A DNA stretch of 64,000 nt from Blepharisma stoltei ATCC 30299 (taxonomy: Eukaryota > Protista > Ciliophora), in the NCBI GenBank assembly GCA_965603825.1, contig CBFDEM010000040.1:124001-188000 (forward strand). The letters are read 5' to 3'. The position numbers and the translations under genes are program-made. Shown piece by piece: positions 59,901-64,000 of this stretch. Below the pieces are notes generated by a model. It made no database searches. It saw only the letters and a list, made by a program, of their open reading frames with translations, and was not told the origin of the DNA. The first letter of the stretch is position 1; every line of letters starts with the position of its first letter.

Positions 59901-61667
59901 GAAGCAGCAGCTGAAGAACAATATGAGGAATCTCAAGCTGAAGAACAAGCTCCAGCTGAAGAAGAGGCAGCAGCTGAAGAAGAAACTCAAGCTGAAGAGC
60001 AACATGAGGAATCTCAAGCTGAAGAACAAGCTCCAGCTGAAGAAGAGGCAGCAGCTGAAGAAGAATCCCAAGCTGAAGAACAACATGAGGAATCTCAAGC
60101 TGAAGAGCAACATGAGGAATCCCAAGCTGAAGAACAAGCTCCAGCTGAAGAAGAAGCAGCAGCTGAAGAAGAATCTCAAGCTGAAGAACAACATGAGGAA
60201 TCTCAAGCTGAAGAAGAAACTCAAGCTGAAGAGCAACATGAGGAATCTCAAGCTGAAGAACAAGCTCCAGCTGAAGAAGAATCCCAAGCTGAAGAACAAC
60301 ATGAGGAATCCCAAACTGAAGAAGAAACTCAAGCTGAAGAGCAACATGAGGAATCCCAAGCTGAAGAACAAGCTCCAGCTGAAGAAGAATCCCAAGTTGA
60401 AGAACAATATGAGGAATCCCAAGCTGAAGAACAAGCTCCAGCTGAAGAAGAGGCAGCAGCTGAAGAACAACATGAGGAATCTCAAGCTGAAGAAGAAGCA
60501 GCAGCTGAAGAACAACATGAGGAATCTCAAGCTGAAGAACAAGCTCCAGCTGAAGAAGAGGCAGCAGCTGAAGAAGAATCCCAAGCTGAAGAGCAACATG
60601 AGGAATCTCAAGCTGAAGAAGAGGCAGCAGCTGAAGAAGAAGAAGCAGCAGCTGAAGAACAACATGAGGAATCTCAAGCTGAAGAACAGGCTCCAGCTGA
60701 AGAAGAGGCAGCAGCTGAAGAAGAATCCCAAGCTGAAGAACAACATGAGGAATCTCAAGCTGAAGAACAAGCTCCAGCTGAAGAAGAGGCAGCAGCTGAA
60801 GAAGAATCCCAAGCTGAAGAGCAACATGAGGAATCCCAAGCTGAAGAAGAATCCCAAGCTGAAGAGCAACATGAGGAATCCCAAGCTGAAGAAGAGGCAG
60901 CAGCTGAAGAAGAAGCAGCAGCTGAAGAACAACATGAGGAATCTCAAGCTGAAGAACAAGCTCCAGCTGAAGAAGAGGCAGCAGCTGAAGAAGAATCTCA
61001 AGCTGAAGAGCAACATGAGGAATCCCAAGCTGAAGAACAAGCTCCAGCTGAAGAAGAAGCAGCAGCTGAAGAAGAATCCCAAGCTGAAGAGCAACATGAG
61101 GAATCCCAAGCTGAAGAACAAGCTCCAGCTGAAGAAGAGGCAGCAGCTGAAGAAGAATCCCAAGCTGAAGAGCAACATGAGGAATCTCAAGCTGAAGAAC
61201 AACATGAGGAATCTCAAGCTGAAGAAGAAGCAGCAGCTGAAGAAGAATCCCAAGCTGAAGAACAACATGAGGAATCTCAAGCTGAAGAAGAATCCCAAGC
61301 TGAAGAAGAAACTCAAGCTGAAGAACAACATGAAGAGGCTCAAGCTGAAGAGGAAGCACCAGCTGAGGAACAATATGAAGAAGCTAGCTCTGAAGAGCAA
61401 GCCCAAGCTGAAGAACAAACCCAATCAGAAGAAGCTCAATCTGAAGAGCAACACGAAGAGGCTCAAGCCGAAGAGCAACATGAGGAATCTCAAGCTGAAG
61501 AGCAAACTCAATCAGAGGAAGCTCAAGCTGAAGAACAAACCCAAGCTGAAGAACAAACCCACGGTGAAGAAGAGCAAGAACCAGCTAAAGAAGATGATGA
61601 AGAATGCGATGGATGCTCAACAGAAGTCGTAATCACAATCAGCATTGACTGCGGTGGAGACTGCTAA
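56919..61667 (+). CDS. Giant secreted Glu/Ala/Gln-rich repeat protein (~1582 aa)
   Basis: ATG at 56919 (or 56925), signal peptide MKLIVLAALALTLVAA, Cys-containing N-terminal domain (CDC, CTC), ~1340 aa of EE-initiated repeats, C-terminal CDGC...DCGGDC. Variation at synonymous positions (GAA/GAG, TCT/TCC) supports this frame. Confidence 0.88.
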   Translation: MAMKLIVLAALALTLVAASKTRVNQAELNFKQELAAVLLQYYEPEDYSTCDCYKNADPEMTYKETIMYLQQISLGLISCTCDEQEKDESLVEATDGNIDEDYLEEAASDSASTTDLPEQAAENTASTDVDTSEEPADEDTASDGETSAEESTPVEESSYEEQQAEETSSGETVESEEDSATGWSSETITEESTEEETVSEEESYPSQSEEESQAEEQYEESQAEEQAPAEEQTQSEEAAAEEQAQAEEQTQSEESQAEEQYEESQAEEEAAAEEQTQAEESQAEEQHEESQAEEQAPAEEQTQSEESQAEEQYEEAQSEESQAEEQTQSEESQAEEQTQSEESQAEEQTQSEESQAEEQAPAEESQAEEQAAAEEQYEESQAEEQAPAEEQTQSEEAAAEEQYEESQAEEQAPAEEQTQAEESQAEEQYEESQAEEQAQAEEQTQAEEEAAAEEQHEESQAEEQAPAEEQTQSEEAAAEEQSPAEEQTQSEESQAEEQYEEAQAEEQTQSEESQAEEQAQAEESQAEEESQAEEQYEEAQAEEQAPAEEEAAAEEESQAEEQYEESQAEEQASAEEQTQAEESQAEEQHEESQAEEQAPAEESQAEEEAAAEEQHEESQAEEQAPAEEEAAAEEQHEESQTEESQAEEQYEESQAEEQAPAEEQTQSEESQAEEQAPAEEQYEEAQAEEQTQSEESQAEESQAEEQYEESQAEEQAPAEEQTQSEESQAEEQHEESQAEEQAPAEEEAAAEEESQAEEQHEEAQTEESQAEEQYEESQAEEQAAAEEQAAAEEESQAEEQHEESQAEEQAPAEEEAAAEEESQAEEQHEESQAEEQAPAEETQAEEEAQAEEQHEESQAEEQAPAEEEAAAEEEAEAEEQHEESQAEEQAPAEEEAAAEEEAAAEEQHEESQAEEQTQAEEEAEAEEQHEESQAEEEAAAEEEAAAEEEAAAEEQHEESQAEEETQAEEQYEEASSEEQAPAEETQAEEQTQSEEAAAEEQYEESQAEEQAPAEEEAAAEEETQAEEQHEESQAEEQAPAEEEAAAEEESQAEEQHEESQAEEQHEESQAEEQAPAEEEAAAEEESQAEEQHEESQAEEETQAEEQHEESQAEEQAPAEEESQAEEQHEESQTEEETQAEEQHEESQAEEQAPAEEESQVEEQYEESQAEEQAPAEEEAAAEEQHEESQAEEEAAAEEQHEESQAEEQAPAEEEAAAEEESQAEEQHEESQAEEEAAAEEEEAAAEEQHEESQAEEQAPAEEEAAAEEESQAEEQHEESQAEEQAPAEEEAAAEEESQAEEQHEESQAEEESQAEEQHEESQAEEEAAAEEEAAAEEQHEESQAEEQAPAEEEAAAEEESQAEEQHEESQAEEQAPAEEEAAAEEESQAEEQHEESQAEEQAPAEEEAAAEEESQAEEQHEESQAEEQHEESQAEEEAAAEEESQAEEQHEESQAEEESQAEEETQAEEQHEEAQAEEEAPAEEQYEEASSEEQAQAEEQTQSEEAQSEEQHEEAQAEEQHEESQAEEQTQSEEAQAEEQTQAEEQTHGEEEQEPAKEDDEECDGCSTEVVITISIDCGGDC
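57540..61565 (+). repeat. Coding minisatellite of shuffled 12/15/18-nt modules (EEQY/EEQH, EESQA, EEQAPA, EEEAAA, EEQTQS, EEETQA)
   Basis: Hundreds of near-identical GCTGAAGAA-anchored modules in variable order. Confidence 0.97.
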
Positions 61668-63324
61668 TTGAAAAAGGATAATAAGTTTTAATTAAATTAT
61701 TTTGAAAAATTGCTTTATAATTTCAATCATTAAATTAATTAATTCAATTATAAAAACATAAATTACACTAAGTTATAATAGCAATAGAAATTATTTATTT
61801 GTTTGCTATCATTTCAAACATTAACTTATTAAGGCTTTATTTCATGGCTGTCTAGATTTAATATAAAATTGAGAAATTTATAACTTAGGTTGGCTTAACT
61901 GCCTTACGCTTGAGATGGCATAGTATTTTCTCATGTTTGACTTGAAAAATATATCTAAAACAAACTAGAAAGCTAAAATAATGAATTTAGGACTTAATTC
62001 TTATTACTCTCAAATTTAAATTGAAAATTTTGAGCTAAATTATAATTAGCAACGATATTTTTGAATTTAAAAGATATAGTCTTTGCTTTTTAATCTATAA
62101 GTTTATTTTCAATCAAGATTGTTTATATCTTATGTATTTTTTACAAGAGAAAGCGCCGTTTTTGATATTAAATCATATTGAAATCTTGAAAATTCATTTT
62201 TTCTTCTATAATTGATTTTATCTTATTAATATATATTGTTCAATTTATCAATGCAGACTCAACATATGCAATACAAAAATCAGTATAAAATTTAAATGAA
62301 AGATGCATAATAAGTTGCTGAAGCAAATAGATTTTTATTTTGTTTTTTCTCCAATGTCTAATCGAAAGCCATCAGAATTTTAGTGTCATATATTTCATTT
62401 TAATGTGTTTAAGCTTGCATTCATATTTTTACATCTTCTCGTTGTTTTTGTGTCAATATTAAAGATTTCATTTGCCTAGCTCTTACCCTGCTTATAATTA
62501 ATTTTGAAAATGGATGAGAATTGGAAAGTGAAGGAAATGCATTCAATAGTGCAGTCTTTCTTTGATTAAATTCTTGAAGATTTTAGTATTATAGAGATCA
62601 TAAAAATAGATTGCAAAGTTTTCTCATTAACACAAGCAGCCTTTAGATGAGATTGTGTATTCCTAATTATAAGCCATAGGCAAAATGCAATATTTGTTTT
62701 AATGAAGGAACGACTTACAACATTAAACTGAGCTTGATTCCTATTAGCCACAGTGATTTCGGACCCAAGAACCCTCGACTTTTAAGTTATTGAAATACTC
62801 AATTTATAGTCTGTTTCTGTTTTATAACAGCATAAAGAAATTGTTAGTAGTAGATTCGCACCATAGGAATCAATAGTGATAATAATGATAGCACAATTTA
62901 AGATATCGTGCATTTTATATGTCTATCAACTAGCAATATATCTTTATATTATGGTCTCAATTTAATTTTTCGAGATAGTGCTTAAAAAGATTCTTTCATT
63001 AACATTATCAGTAATCAGAGTATTGTTTCCTCAATCACTATTTTACACAATAAATTCAAAACATTTTATAGTTTTTTTGATTTTTTAGGAATAAAAATTT
63101 TTTTTGTTCTTCCGCAGAAAAAGCAGGAAATAAGTAGATAGTTATTTTTTCATTGCAGCCCTTAATAATAGTGCTCTAAATTAAAAATTTATTCTTTTTA
63201 ATTATCTTTTGTATAGTAACTTTCATTTTGCTTTGAAAAGAAAAACCTTTGACAGCAACTTTCTCATATGTCTGGAATTGTTAAATTTAATTATACATTA
63301 AAGGATTTAAATTCAAGATTTAGC

Positions 63325-63978
63325 TTATAATTGCTCATGCGCCGACGTTGAGGATGGGAAATAAAATGAGTCCCCACAGTTAGTTGATGCTTTGGTGCAG
63401 TCAATCTGCTTGAGACTATTATCATAGCAAAGCAGTACATTCTCAATGTAATATTTTCCACTTGATTCAAAGCACTGAATATTAATAGCATTTGAAAATG
63501 CCCCATAAAAAGTGTTCTTGCTCACAGTTTGCGAGTTGCTAGGCTTAATTCCTTTAGCTGCTAATAAATTCAGTACTCCCAATTGGTTAAAAAGCTGGGC
63601 AGCATCAGCAAAATAGGTATTGGATGGGACTGCTGGGTTCATGCAAACTCCATGCTTTTCCCATTCATGCTCCCAAAAGCTAAGAGGGGTTTCGCTGTCT
63701 GAAAGCCAGCATTGCTGTATTGCAGCTTGAGTTGTTGAGTTTACGCTAAATGAATAAGAAGATGTACAGTATTGAGGCTGGGTACCTGAAGCGACACTAG
63801 GCCAGAGGCCATGGATATTGAAATTGAGTCCATAGTAGCCAGATTGGCATTTAGTTGTCATGCACATTGTTGGCTTCCACTCTATAGTGAAAATATTGTA
63901 TGTTGCTGAAACTCCAGCCTGTAAAAATTCAGGACCGGCAAGAGCACTTGTGAATAAACTCACCAAGATAGCAAGCAT
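63325..63978 (-). CDS. Secreted ribonuclease T2 (217 aa)
   Basis: Signal peptide, CAS I FNIHGLWP, CAS II FWEHEWEKHGVC, conserved Cys. Confidence 0.95.
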   Translation of the reverse strand: MLAILVSLFTSALAGPEFLQAGVSATYNIFTIEWKPTMCMTTKCQSGYYGLNFNIHGLWPSVASGTQPQYCTSSYSFSVNSTTQAAIQQCWLSDSETPLSFWEHEWEKHGVCMNPAVPSNTYFADAAQLFNQLGVLNLLAAKGIKPSNSQTVSKNTFYGAFSNAINIQCFESSGKYYIENVLLCYDNSLKQIDCTKASTNCGDSFYFPSSTSAHEQL

Positions 63979-64000
63979 TTTTTATCAAGAGTCAGTATTT

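Noticed and set aside
57394-61632. 1412-aa K/L/N-rich alternative-frame ORF and 200-580 aa antisense L/Q- or F/S-rich ORFs
   Set aside because: By-products of a stop-poor repeat. Variation is synonymous in the Glu-rich frame, which alone has a signal peptide and unique termini.
62740-62815. tRNA-like 3' half on the minus strand (GAGGGTTCTTGGGTCCGAAATCACTGTGGC)
   Set aside because: T-loop is non-canonical, and no D-arm or acceptor stem can be formed. tRNAscan-SE would settle it.

Overview
Gene-dense, very AT-rich eukaryotic DNA. It is almost certainly the somatic (macronuclear) genome of a heterotrich ciliate, most likely Blepharisma (inference). Two features are visible directly in the sequence. 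First, TGA is read as Trp while TAA/TAG are stops, so many ORFs split in the supplied track join into single genes. Second, genes carry 15-16 nt GT-AG introns with an A six nt from the 3' end. Re-read this way, the window holds about 32 protein genes: tandem TMCO4/DUF726 paralogs, an ELMO-domain protein, a rhomboid-like protein, a RING/TRAF finger, RRP12, C2H2 and Myb transcription factors, a Cys-rich GPI surface protein, IFT172, histidine ammonia-lyase, a granulin/pseudo-cathepsin fusion, a disrupted Atg14/UVRAG-like locus, NUP107, IF1-like protein, a WD40-TRP-like channel, a TDRD9/Spindle-E-like helicase, an SCP phosphatase, a MYND-Aurora kinase, a GAF-PAS-PDE, EF-hand proteins, an ankyrin protein, a DUSP, a ~1580-aa Glu-rich secreted repeat protein and RNase T2. 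Most notable: a natural Ala-Cys-Gly MIO tripeptide in HAL, a candidate ~280-nt G-U-rich rod-like RNA next to the Spindle-E-like helicase, and candidate 14-nt and GT-AC mini-introns. No tRNA, rRNA, CRISPR, telomere or transposase was recognised. All family calls come from motifs read by eye; no database search was run.
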